DNA of 64,000 bases from Cyanidioschyzon merolae (lineage: Eukaryota). The stretch lies in assembly GCA_000091205.1 (NCBI GenBank), contig AP006494.2, one strand, 5' to 3'. The notes beneath the pieces were generated by a model. The model was not told the DNA's origin, ran no database searches, and worked only from the letters and a program-made list of their open reading frames with translations. A program made the translations under genes and the position numbers. Positions 54,210 to 64,000 of this stretch are shown in pieces; position 1 is the first letter of the stretch; each line of letters begins with the position of its first letter.

Positions 54210-55571
54210 TTGCCAGCTATGCTTCGGGTATTTAGACTGAGACTTTTCGGGTGGGGGCATTTTCAGCGGAGACTGGACCGAAGCGTGCCGCGTTACTCTG
54301 TGGAAGTCTACGGGCAAACTCGCTCGCTTGCGACGCCTGCCGGAGTCGCGGGGGCTCAAACCGCGGCGCACTTGTCTGTGCTCCAGGCGACAGTCGCGCG
54401 GTTTGCCCGAGAGCAAATCGCACCGGCGATTTTCTCTCGAGAGCAGCAGGGGTGCATTGAACCTAGTCTTTGGCGAGCTCTTTTTGAGCAAGGGCTCATG
54501 GGCATGGAAATTCCGTCCGACTTTGGCGGTAGTGGACTCAGCTTTGTCGAAACCTGCGCCTCCATCGAGCAGCTATCGAAGGTCGATCCCGCTGTTGCGC
54601 TCGTTGTCGATATCCAGAACACGTTGCTGAATCGTGCCGTGCTGCACTTTGGCACCCGCGAACAGCAGGCACTGTGGTTGCCGCGTCTCGCACGAGATAC
54701 AGTGGGTTCGTTCGCACTGAGTGAACCAGAAGCAGGCTCCGACGCGTTTTCTTTGCGCACACATGCCGACCTAGAGCAAGCTACATCAACAACATCCAGA
54801 CGGTACGTTATCAGCGGCTCAAAATTGTGGATCAGCAGCGCAGCAGAAGCACAATGGATGCTGGTTTTCGCCACAGTAGATCCAGCTCAGAAGCACCGAG
54901 GCATCACTGCGTTTGTGATCGACAACGTAGACGAAGCCAAGGCTCTGGGCCAGCTCCAGATCGGCCCCAAAGAAGACAAACTCGGTATCCGCGCGACCTC
55001 CTGTTGTCCGGTGCACTTTCACCGGTGCGTCATCGATGCCGATCGCCAAGTCCTCGGTGGACTAGGCCAAGGCTATCGGGTCGCAATGCGAGCGCTCAAC
55101 GAAGGACGCATCGGCATCGCGGCCCAGATGATCGGCCTCGCCCAAGGTGCTCTGGACGCTACGCTTCCGTATCTGGAGACACGTTGCCAGTTTGGCCGTC
55201 CGCTGATCGATAATCAGGGCCTGCAGTTCCAGATCGCACAGGCGGCAGCAGAGCTTGAAGCCGTTCGCGCCCTAACATTTCAGGCTGCTCGACTCGTTGA
55301 TGAGCACCAGGGTACATCGGCAGCTGCACATCTCGCTGAGATAGCTCGTCAGGCGGCATCGGCAAAACTCCTGGCTGCGCAGACTGCCTGCCGGTTGACG
55401 CGGCGTTGTATCGAGTGGATGGGCGGCATGGGTTTTATTCGGCAAACGCTTCCTGAAAAGTTCTATCGGGATGCAGTCATCGGCAAAATTTACGAAGGAA
55501 CGGAAAACATGCAATTAGCAACGATTTTCCGATTCCTTTCCGCAACGCACCACACCCGTCATGATTCATAG
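54210..55571 (+). CDS. Acyl-CoA dehydrogenase (short/branched-chain type) with a mitochondrial-presequence-like N-terminus
   Basis: FALSEPEAGSDAFSLRTHA, YVISGSKLWISSAAEAQWMLVFA, ITAFVI, and GGMGFIRQTLPEKFYRDAVIGKIYEGTENMQL are the ACAD family signature blocks. N-terminus MLRVFRLRLFGWGHFQRRL is Arg-rich/amphipathic. Confidence 0.85.
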   Translation: MPAMLRVFRLRLFGWGHFQRRLDRSVPRYSVEVYGQTRSLATPAGVAGAQTAAHLSVLQATVARFAREQIAPAIFSREQQGCIEPSLWRALFEQGLMGMEIPSDFGGSGLSFVETCASIEQLSKVDPAVALVVDIQNTLLNRAVLHFGTREQQALWLPRLARDTVGSFALSEPEAGSDAFSLRTHADLEQATSTTSRRYVISGSKLWISSAAEAQWMLVFATVDPAQKHRGITAFVIDNVDEAKALGQLQIGPKEDKLGIRATSCCPVHFHRCVIDADRQVLGGLGQGYRVAMRALNEGRIGIAAQMIGLAQGALDATLPYLETRCQFGRPLIDNQGLQFQIAQAAAELEAVRALTFQAARLVDEHQGTSAAAHLAEIARQAASAKLLAAQTACRLTRRCIEWMGGMGFIRQTLPEKFYRDAVIGKIYEGTENMQLATIFRFLSATHHTRHDS

Positions 55572-56526
55572 CAATCGACGATGCAAGAGACCTCGAGCGT
55601 CTGCGACCAAAGTTGCATGGCCGCAGTTCTTCTACGATGAACGAACTTCTGCAGATCATGCCGGAGGCACACGAGGTTTGCATCGAGAAAATACGCATAC
55701 GAGGGAACCATTTCATCAAGAACTACGCGCACGACGGTCTAGTTATGCCGCTTGGGCCAATCGAAACATCGGTTGTGCGCTGGTCAAAGCGTCCGATGTT
55801 GACCAGTTCCTCTGGTCAATGCTAACGCAAACACAACGTCCTCGTCCGGCAGTCGCACAGCAACCGTGAGTAAACCTGTTTATAGCTTTTCTCTGCAAAA
55901 TAACCAAAGTCGACTTCTTTCGATGCTTCGCCAGAGTCGCGCAGCGAGTCGCCAGCCCGGTGTGCCTTTTCAGCGAGAGCCGCCAACAGCGTCTGCGTGG
56001 GTACCTCGACGAGCACCTAAGCGCTCACTCGCCGTCTCGTGGCTCGGATTCCACATACTCCAAATCAAAACGATTGGACTATGAACAACGGGAACCTCGC
56101 CACTGGGAGCGATATCCGCTTCCGTTGAGGCAACCGGCACTGCAACGCCTTCGTGCAACGCGCGCTCTTTCGAACGCGCGCTTCTGTAGCCACCGTTTCC
56201 AGGCAAGCGTTTCTCCAACGTTTTCGCTAGGGTGGTATTTTACGTTGCGTTTTCCGCTCCGCTGGTGACGTCACTTGCAAGTGCGCGCATCCACGACCAG
56301 CAGTGGTCACTCACGGGGTAGTGCAAAGTCGCAGACGCTCCTGGGCAGGCAAGGTGTCGTTTCGCGTCACGAGCACCCTGCCGTTGGACGTGCAGCGCGG
56401 AAACGGAACCTTCAGGGTCTGGCGGCTTCGAGCGCGACACAGGCACACCGCTAGTGTTGCTTGTGCGCCTGACTCGAGTCCGAGCGGTGGATGCACCAGG
56501 AGACTCTTCCGAGCTGGCCAACTTGA

Positions 56527-58182
56527 ATGAGCGCGTTCGCGAGTGAGCCCAGGTGCACGTCACCGTCGCAGACACTTCCAGAAGTTGCGCTCTACGCTGA
56601 TGGGCAAGGCTCAGCTCCGCTCTCGGAACAGGAACTCGTCCACGGAGCAGAAGACTGGGCGCATATTGCTGCTTTTTATAGGCTTTTAGAAGAGAGACGA
56701 CGTCGCAACAAGTACCTTTTGCAGCGCTCTGTACACGCGGGTCTGCACCGCTGGGCACGACACCTGGTGGCTCCTCAAGAGCGGTCCCGAAAACGGACGC
56801 AAAAACGACGGGATGAACCTGGTCATCCAGGTCGCCTGCTAGAGCGGATTCTGCGCGGAAAATTACTATGCTCCTTGGGATTGTGGAGACCGGATTCTAC
56901 TCGAGACCGACAACTCACCGGAGCAGATCGTACCTGTTGGCCGAACCTCACCGAGGATGCGTTCATTGAGCGTCTGAAACTGGCTTTTCGAAGTGAGTCT
57001 GAGGAGCTCGTACTCCACCTAGGGCCAGTATTCGTTGATCCCAGTGCGAACAAGTTCTCAGCGCTGACAACGAACGGCATCGCAGCGCGTATGCCCAGAA
57101 GCGCCCTGATGCGAGTTACCGTGGGTATGGGCATGATCGCACTCAATCAGGAAACTATGCTCGATTTTGAAACTTCGGTTCCTCCAGCGGACTTGAAATC
57201 ACACAAGGGTATCACAACCGAGATGGCTCGGATGCGAACGATCGTGCAGCGATCGTTTCGTGTGCCCGTGGAGCCCAGAGCTCCGCTGCATCCGGAACAC
57301 TGGCCCGCTGCAATTAGCATACCGGAGTGCTCGTTTGTAACACTCTGTTTCGACTTACGGAGCGAGCTTCTAGGCCTTTTGGGAGCGATAACTCCCACGG
57401 AATATCCGATTTTAGAAATACGGGCGGAATTGCCGCTTCTAATTCCGGAGCGAGATGCTTATTCAACGAATGGGTTACCCGACGGGTTGGCAGCTACGTC
57501 GTCGGATGTGCCCTGTGGGCAGGTGTGGCGAAAAGCACTAAAACTGTGTGATCCTGCAACAGGGCATTGGATGCCGAACCAAATATACTTGCTGGAGCTC
57601 CAGGCCGATGCCTCTGGTGCAGTATGGGTTCCAGGGCACGCGCCTCAACTCGCGTTGGGAATCGAGTGGCGGCCCCATCGAGAACAGCATCCCGGGTATG
57701 GAGCGGCGTGGAGCACGGGCACGAACCAGCGCCTTAAGATACCAAAACGCGCCGAGATGCTGCAAGCACCCGCCGTTCGCGAGCTCCCCATGCGTCCCTG
57801 GGAATCCGACAAGGTCCAGGCGAAGTACAATGGATGGCAGTCGAACTCCGCTGACACGAACGGGCTCGTGGAGCCAGCAAAGGCGGCTCCTCTGCTGCGC
57901 TACCGTATTTGGCGCTCGCCACCCGCGCACTGTACAGGAGTCTCGATGCGGAACGGCTACAAAGGCGCACGATCCCATCAGGCATTGATCACAGTTGACC
58001 GCTCCACCCTGACGTGCATTTGGTGCGGGATTCGAGTCCGGCACCTGCTGGCACTTATGCTACACACCTGGAAGCGTCACATGACTTGGCGATATACTGG
58101 CCATCGTTTGAAGATCTGGTACCCCCGCTCTCAGCAGAGAATGACGAGGCATCAGAATCCCGTCACCCAGGGATCAATCTAA
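56527..58182 (+). CDS. Hypothetical protein with a C-terminal C2H2 zinc finger
   Basis: Genuine ATG. C-terminal CIWCGIRVRHLLALMLHTWKRH has C-x2-C-x12-H-x4-H spacing. The rest is not recognised. It overlaps the next long ORF (58014-60185) in another frame. Confidence 0.35.
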   Translation: MSAFASEPRCTSPSQTLPEVALYADGQGSAPLSEQELVHGAEDWAHIAAFYRLLEERRRRNKYLLQRSVHAGLHRWARHLVAPQERSRKRTQKRRDEPGHPGRLLERILRGKLLCSLGLWRPDSTRDRQLTGADRTCWPNLTEDAFIERLKLAFRSESEELVLHLGPVFVDPSANKFSALTTNGIAARMPRSALMRVTVGMGMIALNQETMLDFETSVPPADLKSHKGITTEMARMRTIVQRSFRVPVEPRAPLHPEHWPAAISIPECSFVTLCFDLRSELLGLLGAITPTEYPILEIRAELPLLIPERDAYSTNGLPDGLAATSSDVPCGQVWRKALKLCDPATGHWMPNQIYLLELQADASGAVWVPGHAPQLALGIEWRPHREQHPGYGAAWSTGTNQRLKIPKRAEMLQAPAVRELPMRPWESDKVQAKYNGWQSNSADTNGLVEPAKAAPLLRYRIWRSPPAHCTGVSMRNGYKGARSHQALITVDRSTLTCIWCGIRVRHLLALMLHTWKRHMTWRYTGHRLKIWYPRSQQRMTRHQNPVTQGSI

Positions 58183-59474
58183 CGCTATTCACGGGTGGCT
58201 CAGAATCGAGCGATACCCAGTATCCCGCATCCATCATCCATGTGGCTCCAGCGCCTGCTCCAGATCGCCAAACGCAGCACGCAATGCGCTGCCTCGCAGA
58301 CGCCGTGCAAACAATGGCGCGCAGGTGCCCGCGACGCGCGCCCACGCACGTATGGATGCGTGCGATGCGCGTGCACTGCGCATCAGACGCGCTGCGAGTC
58401 GAGGACAGCAGCGCTGCCGTCGCCGTACGGCATCCAGGGGTAGATCGCGCACACCGCAAGGTGCGCGGTGGTCGCGTCTGCAAGCGCACGGATGCCGCGG
58501 ATGCACTGGCATGGACGCCGCCGGAGCGAGCACCCGCCGTAGGTTGTGCGTGCGCGGGAAAGCGGGGCGCGTGCACGCATCGCGATCCGCACCGGCACGC
58601 CGCTGCACGGACCAGCGATGATGCCCATGCCTCCGCCCGGCCAGCGCTGCAGAGCGATCTGCGCGAAGGTGCGCAGCAGTTGCCCGGCGACGGTGGACGG
58701 CGCTGCTACCTGCGCGCACTCTCTACGTTATGGGATCGGGATGATTCATCGGATGTGCGTCGCCAGTGCTGGCTGTTTCTCAGCGAACAACTCACTCGCG
58801 CGAGCGGAAACCTGCTGCGTAGAGACCAGCCGGTGCGGGCGGCTCGCGGACAGCGCAGCACGAGTGGTCGCTTGACGGCGTCGGAGGAGCACGTGGCGAG
58901 CTCGGGGGGATTCGATGCAGGCGGGACAAACTTGGACAAGCATCAAACGGACGTTCCTGCAGGCCCTGCAACGAGGAAACGGCGTGCGGCAAGAGCAGCA
59001 CCTGAAACGAAAGCGAATCCAGAGACGCTTCGGACGACGCGCATCCTGGCCTCCACGGATCGCTATGCTGGCAGTGTAAGCGTTCAACGTCAGCAACGCC
59101 CGCTCCTGGACACGTATGGAACGAAGCGCGAACGACCGATGAGGGGCTCTTCACGAGCATCCAGAGCTAGCGGACGTTCTGCGCATGATTTCGCTGGGGC
59201 GACAACCACCGCCGCTGGCACCGGCGCAAAGCTTATTTCCAGGTCGAGAATATCCGTTGTGGCTGCTTCGCCTGGCCAAGGCGCCGTATATGCGAACCTG
59301 CCGGACGTGCAGCCATGTGATCGATCGACGCGAGGCCGGCGTCAAGGCAACGCGACAGACAGGCGCCAGAAGAGAACGCGGTCGGCGCCAGCTCTGCGCC
59401 AAGCGCGAACGCTCCACTCCGGACGCCTGCGACAACGATGCGCCTGGAGAACGTCTACAAGCGAGACAGTACCG

Positions 59475-60185
59475 ATGACCGCCGCTGCGAACGGTGCCAC
59501 AGCGCCTGCTTCCAGAGAAACGCCAAGAGAGCGGCCCGGAAAAGCTGCAGCAAGTAGCGATTCGCGTCTGTTTGATCGTACGTACTACCATTCGTTCACG
59601 TTTGCGCCAATGAGTCCGGATGAGGTGCTCGCCGCCTACGACTCTGAGCTGGAAGAAGTCGACGACGCGTGGCTTGTTCAGCTCTCGGATCACCGCATTG
59701 ACCAGTTTCTTGATGTGCTACCCGTCGAAAAGGTGTTGATGAAAGCCTGGAATGCATTTTTGAAAGAGGTATACCCAATCTTAGGTGACCGTTCCGTGCG
59801 GGACGCTGTCAGGCGTTTCGCACCGTGGTTTGTAGCGCGGCTGCGGGTGAACGCCTCCAGCTCGGCTTGTCATCCGTACGAGGCGCTTCGCACCGCGTTT
59901 CTCATGCATTTACGCGCTCTCTGGCAATTTCATTTACTCGGTTCTGAACAGGTTGCGGAAGCGATGATTGCGTTCGATCGTGCGTGGCTGAACGGTCAAG
60001 GGCCGGTCTTCGCAGCTGCGGCTGATTTGCAGCCGCGCCTTGGTGAAGGCTCCACCAATCACACCCATGCAGGCCTATCTCCAAACTCCCTGCCCAGGTC
60101 TGATCACGCAAACGGAATAGATGGTGATGCGGAGCTGGATCCAGAGAATCCTTTATGCGCTTGTGCGTCCGTGCAGGCTTGTTAG
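59475..60185 (+). CDS. Hypothetical protein; the non-repetitive C-terminal part of the long GC-rich ORF 58014-60185
   Basis: The upstream two-thirds of the ORF is Arg/Ala low-complexity typical of GC-rich spurious frames. From ATG 59475 the sequence becomes compositionally normal (MSPDEVLAAYDSELEEVDDAWLVQLSDHRIDQFLDVLPVEKVLMKAWNAFLKEVYPILGDRSVRDAVRRFAPWF...). No family recognised. Confidence 0.25.
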   Translation: MTAAANGATAPASRETPRERPGKAAASSDSRLFDRTYYHSFTFAPMSPDEVLAAYDSELEEVDDAWLVQLSDHRIDQFLDVLPVEKVLMKAWNAFLKEVYPILGDRSVRDAVRRFAPWFVARLRVNASSSACHPYEALRTAFLMHLRALWQFHLLGSEQVAEAMIAFDRAWLNGQGPVFAAAADLQPRLGEGSTNHTHAGLSPNSLPRSDHANGIDGDAELDPENPLCACASVQAC

Positions 60186-61084
60186 CATCCGTTCGGAACC
60201 AGGGTCGATTTGTCCCAGGTTTCAGACCGGAATGCACGAGCGAGACAAGATGCGGATGATACTTAGTTGCGTCGCCAACGATGTTATTAGCGGAAATGAC
60301 CTTCAGGCACCATAGCCAGTGCGCCAGCTAACCCGTTGCCATTTCTTGTTCCACGCAGTGATGAACGAGCCCCTGAAAGCGCACAGAACCTCGGTCTCTG
60401 GCAAGGTATGATGAGCGCTGTGGTAACGCTGCTGCTCCATCGCGTGCGTCCTGTCGCTGCTGCCTGCTGCTTTTCTTAACGTTGTCGGGGAACAGGAATG
60501 GACGGCGGTACAGGGAACGGGTTGTGCAAAGCCCCGGAACGCTCGTGGCGTTTCGTACACGCCTCTCGTGCCGACTCGAGCGCTAGACTCGTAGCAGTAA
60601 ACAAGATAACGTAACATTTTGTGAACATGTTGGCAGATGTCACGCAGGTTGGGAGCAGTCACGTTTGTTATCTCTGCGCGTTTCGAGATAACGCGCCCGT
60701 GGACGACCCTGTGCTCAGCACGGGGCGTGCTACTTGACACCATCTATACTTGCATCCACAGGTCGAGAACGTCGCACGCAGTCACTGCGTCTACATCAGT
60801 CGGTTTCCAGTCAGCGTACCCGAATCCGGCCCATGTGCTCCGTTTCGGAAGCGTGGCATTCCCATAAACGCTGCACGGTGCGCTGCACTGGGCAGAACGC
60901 TGAACAAGCGTGCACGCAAAAAGACGATCACGATGACTTGTTCCTCGTCAGTGCAGTCTGCGTACCTGCATTCCCGTCAACAAACCGCCACAAACGGAAC
61001 AGGGTGCCTCAGGTGCAGAGGCTGGAGCGTCGCGGCAGTACGCATCCGTCTCCCCGACTAGTCGCATGCAGGTACTGGAGCGCA

Positions 61085-61316
61085 TCGCCCATGACGCATC
61101 CATTCCGAATGCTAGGATCTATGGTCAATCTACACGTTTCGTCCTCTGAAAAAGAATCGCCCATGACGCATCCATTCCGAATGCTAGGATCTATGGTCAA
61201 TCTACACGTTTCGTGCTCTGAAAAAGAATCGCCCATGACGCATACATTCCGAATGCTAGGATCTATGGTCTATCTACACGTCTCGTGCTCTGAAAAAGAA
61301 TCGCCCATGACGCTGC
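61085..61316. repeat. 72-bp tandem repeat (minisatellite), 3.2 copies
   Basis: Unit cgcccatgacgcatccattccgaatgctaggatctatggtcaatctacacgtttcgtcctctgaaaaagaat repeated at 61085, 61157, 61229, plus a partial at 61301, with a few substitutions. It ends about 100 bp upstream of the SDR start codon. Confidence 0.9.
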
Positions 61317-61420
61317 GGCGAGCCAGCAGCGGTTTTTTACGAGGCATTTTTGCTGTTTGGGGTTTGCGCTGCTTAGAGACTTTTTGAAGTTTTCGGCTAC
61401 AGTGTCCGCAGCTGGTTTCC

Positions 61421-62200
61421 ATGGACTTTCGTAGTGACGCTCTACAGGGAAAAGTGGCAGTGATAACTGGTGCGAGCCGCGGCATCGGTGCCGCCATCGC
61501 CGAGTGCTTCCTCGAGGCCGGTGTCCAGGGTTTGGCGCTCATTAGTCGTACGCCAAGCGAGTTTGTGACTCAGTTGCGGAAACGAGCGGAATCTCGCGGC
61601 ACAAAAGTGGGTTTCTATTCACTGAACCTGGCCGACACGGAAGCCGTGGAGCGAACAGCGCGACAGATCGTACAGGACTGGGAACACGTTGACATTCTTG
61701 TGAACAACGCGGGGATAGCGCTCCTGAACCCCTTGACAGAGCTGAGCACCGTGGACTGGGATCTCACCATGACCGTGAATGTGCGTGCGCCTTTTCTGCT
61801 CTCGCGGATATTCGTTCGGGAGTCAATGATCCCGCGAGGCGCAGGAGGCAAGATCATCCATATCAGTTCGGTAGCGGCATTCGGCGGTGTACCAGAGCAC
61901 GCGGCCTATTGTGCATCCAAGGCAGCGCTCAACTCGCTGACAAAGACCATGGCCGTAGAATGGGGTCCATACGGAATTCAATGCAATGTCGTATGCCCGT
62001 CAATCATTATGACGGACATGGGACGCCAAGTTTGGGAAGATCCCGAGAAACACGGCCCGGTACTGGCGCGGGTACCGATCGGACGTTTTGCCAACCCGCC
62101 AGAAATTGCTCGGGTGGTGCTCTTTCTCGCCAGTCCTGAAAACTGTGTGGTGAACGGGCAGTGTATTGCTCCGGATGGTGGGTACACCGCTGGCCTCTGA
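61421..62200 (+). CDS. Short-chain dehydrogenase/reductase (SDR family, classical; FabG/DCXR-like)
   Basis: KVAVITGASRGIGAAIA (TGxxxGxG), NNAGI, catalytic S...YCASKAAL (YxxxK), and the PG motif CPSIIMTDM. Genuine ATG. Confidence 0.85.
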   Translation: MDFRSDALQGKVAVITGASRGIGAAIAECFLEAGVQGLALISRTPSEFVTQLRKRAESRGTKVGFYSLNLADTEAVERTARQIVQDWEHVDILVNNAGIALLNPLTELSTVDWDLTMTVNVRAPFLLSRIFVRESMIPRGAGGKIIHISSVAAFGGVPEHAAYCASKAALNSLTKTMAVEWGPYGIQCNVVCPSIIMTDMGRQVWEDPEKHGPVLARVPIGRFANPPEIARVVLFLASPENCVVNGQCIAPDGGYTAGL

Positions 62201-64000
62201 GTCGTGGAAACTGCATACCAGCGGAGAGGCTGTGGCTTTCGCTCGGGCGCACTGCATGACACAGTTATTTGATTCCAAAACCGCGTCTCGATCTGGGCAG
62301 TACTCCGTGCTGTACGGGTCGTGACCGTTGGGAGTATGCCCCACGGATATTGCGTATTATCCGCAGCCGACGACCGTCTGCACCGCCATGACCCACACGG
62401 ACAGCGGTTTCCAAAACTCGCCTCCATACGCTGTACGGTACTGGATACGCTGATAGCGTTACCGGTGAGCGCGGGCGATGCGTCTGCTCACGGAGACAAG
62501 GAATGACTGCGGATAAGCGCGAGCGAACTCCGAGGCGCCACTGGGCACACCAGGGCGCAGGTCGCGGCTCCAGAGCCATGAATCTCGACAAGGCCGACAC
62601 CGAGTCGTCGCCGGCACCCAGGCTGCCCAGCGATGCCGTTCCCACTCATGGTGGTGCTCTTGTTCCGAACTTGAGTGGGATGGCGTTACGTGCGCAACGA
62701 TGCCCTCAGGGTGGCAGTATCGCTCATGGTGGAGCGTGTGCCCACACCAGTTGTGGAACAATGCAATGCAGAGACGCATGTTGGCCAAGGCGCTCAGCAT
62801 GCGCACCTGGATCATCCAGATTGGCATATCCACCCGAAAGCACTGAAAAAGCATTTTGGATCAAGTCGGCGCAGATCTGGTTCAAGAGGTTCCTTGGTGC
62901 CGCTACACACCAAGTGTTCTCCAGGAACGGGCACGGCTTCGGACACCTCCAAAGCGTAGTTCAGGAGAAAGCGTCGACTGGTCACCGAAGCAACCGTCGA
63001 GTGTCCACGTTAGCTCGTCACCATGTAGGGAATGCAACCTATCATTCACATTCGAATACTAGTGGGAGATTGTAAGGTCCCCGGCGTTCACGTGCGGCAC
63101 CCGCTGGCACGGTAAAGCGCTTGTTCGCGAACTGCGGTGAAAACCTGACCCTGGTTCGTATCAGAACACGAGCTGCTCACTGTGAATCACACTGCAGTCA
63201 TTGTGGCGACGCAGTTCCCGGAATCCCGATACACCTACTCTCTCAGCGTCCAAGTGGAGAACAGGTCTGTGGCTGCCTCTTTGCGGTAGAGCAGCTGCCT
63301 GAGGAACTGGAGTTGATGGGAGGCGATCGCTCGCATGGAGCACAGCGCTGGCGCCTGGTGACCCTGTATCTGTGCAACATCCCAGGCTCGTGGTCACCAG
63401 ACGCACATGCTAGCGTGTAGGCGAAAGGCCCAGCGAACCGAAGGAGCCGTCTAACACACCGAATCCTGTACCTGCCCGCTGGTGAATGCCGAGCAAATGC
63501 CCGTGTCGATGACCCGCGGCGCGTTCCACACACAAGTGTGAAGCAGAAACTCGTTACCCGGGATTCATTCTACCGGCCAGTTTTCTTCAACGCGTCGTGC
63601 TGCAGACACAGGCAGGCCTGCATACGCAGACTATCCGAGCCCAACGTGTAGACGAGACCACCCGACACGCTCTGGCGACGCGTGCAACACGCCTCGAAGC
63701 GACGACCGTCGCTCTATGGCAAAGTTGTTCTGCCTGCGTACTGCGTCTGCACCGTCGCTAGCGACGCTACTGCGGACGCGCTCAACAGACTCGACGCACG
63801 ATGGAGCATATGACATGATCAGCATGCTCCAGGGAATGTCCCAACAGTGGCTAATCGTCAATGCACGCAGGGCATGGAATGGTGGACGCTTCCCCGATTG
63901 CTGGGACCGATCGTGTAACCAAGGATCCCTGGTTTACGTCAACGTTGTATCAAACATAAAGTAACTGTTGCTGTGCGCAGACTTGCCGATCCGAACGAAC

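Noticed and set aside
61085-61316. Tandem repeat as a CRISPR array
   Set aside because: The units are contiguous 72-mers with no unique spacers, the context is eukaryotic nuclear DNA, and there are no cas genes. It is a minisatellite.
60734-61387. 217-aa ORF with internal amino-acid repeats (ESPMTHPFRMLGSMVNLHVS x3)
   Set aside because: The periodicity derives from the 72-bp DNA minisatellite, and the rest of the ORF has no protein-like features. It is not called as coding.
1-64000. Prokaryotic origin suggested by the PhoH2, TnpB-like and PanB genes
   Set aside because: The same contig encodes TFIIB, a TAF8-like protein, SWI3, ASH2, an actin-related protein and ATE1, which are eukaryote-specific. 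The bacterial-type genes are interpreted as organelle-derived, horizontally acquired, or transposon-borne.
1-64000. Kinetoplastid (polycistronic, intronless, GC-rich) origin
   Set aside because: Coding strand switches almost gene by gene with divergent and convergent pairs, unlike long unidirectional kinetoplastid gene clusters.

Overview
The window looks like a GC-rich, intron-poor, very compact eukaryotic nuclear locus. Eukaryote-only proteins (TFIIB, a TAF8-like histone-fold protein, a SWI3-type SWI/SNF subunit, an ASH2-type SPRY protein, an actin-related protein, arginyl-tRNA-protein transferase) sit beside genes with plant/algal or organellar affinity (PanB, a plastoglobule-type SAM methyltransferase, a Tim17/OEP16-family protein, a PIN-PhoH fusion). 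About 20 protein-coding genes lie on both strands, almost all as single uninterrupted ORFs, with near-zero intergenic spacers in places; one pair of convergent genes overlaps at the stop codons. There is one solitary 5S rRNA gene. Three visibly AT-richer islands (about 6.06-10.5 kb, 33.8-36.8 kb, 45.5-48 kb) contain no housekeeping genes. They carry decayed Tc1/mariner-type DDE transposase fragments and, next to them, ORFs or fragments with the diagnostic C-terminal zinc-ribbon plus RuvC-III motif (FVNRD.N.AINI) of TnpB/Fanzor RNA-guided nucleases. The most complete Fanzor-like copy (6055-7730, minus strand) ends 10 bp from the SWI3 start codon. A pair of roughly 1.1 kb direct repeats, about 98-99 percent identical, brackets an 8.7 kb block carrying ATE1, PIN-PhoH and the methyltransferase. 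Other structured non-coding features are a 72-bp x 3.2 minisatellite just upstream of an SDR gene, a perfect 21-bp-arm palindrome, and short microsatellites. Many of the long GC-rich ORFs in the supplied track are antisense shadows of the real genes and are not called.
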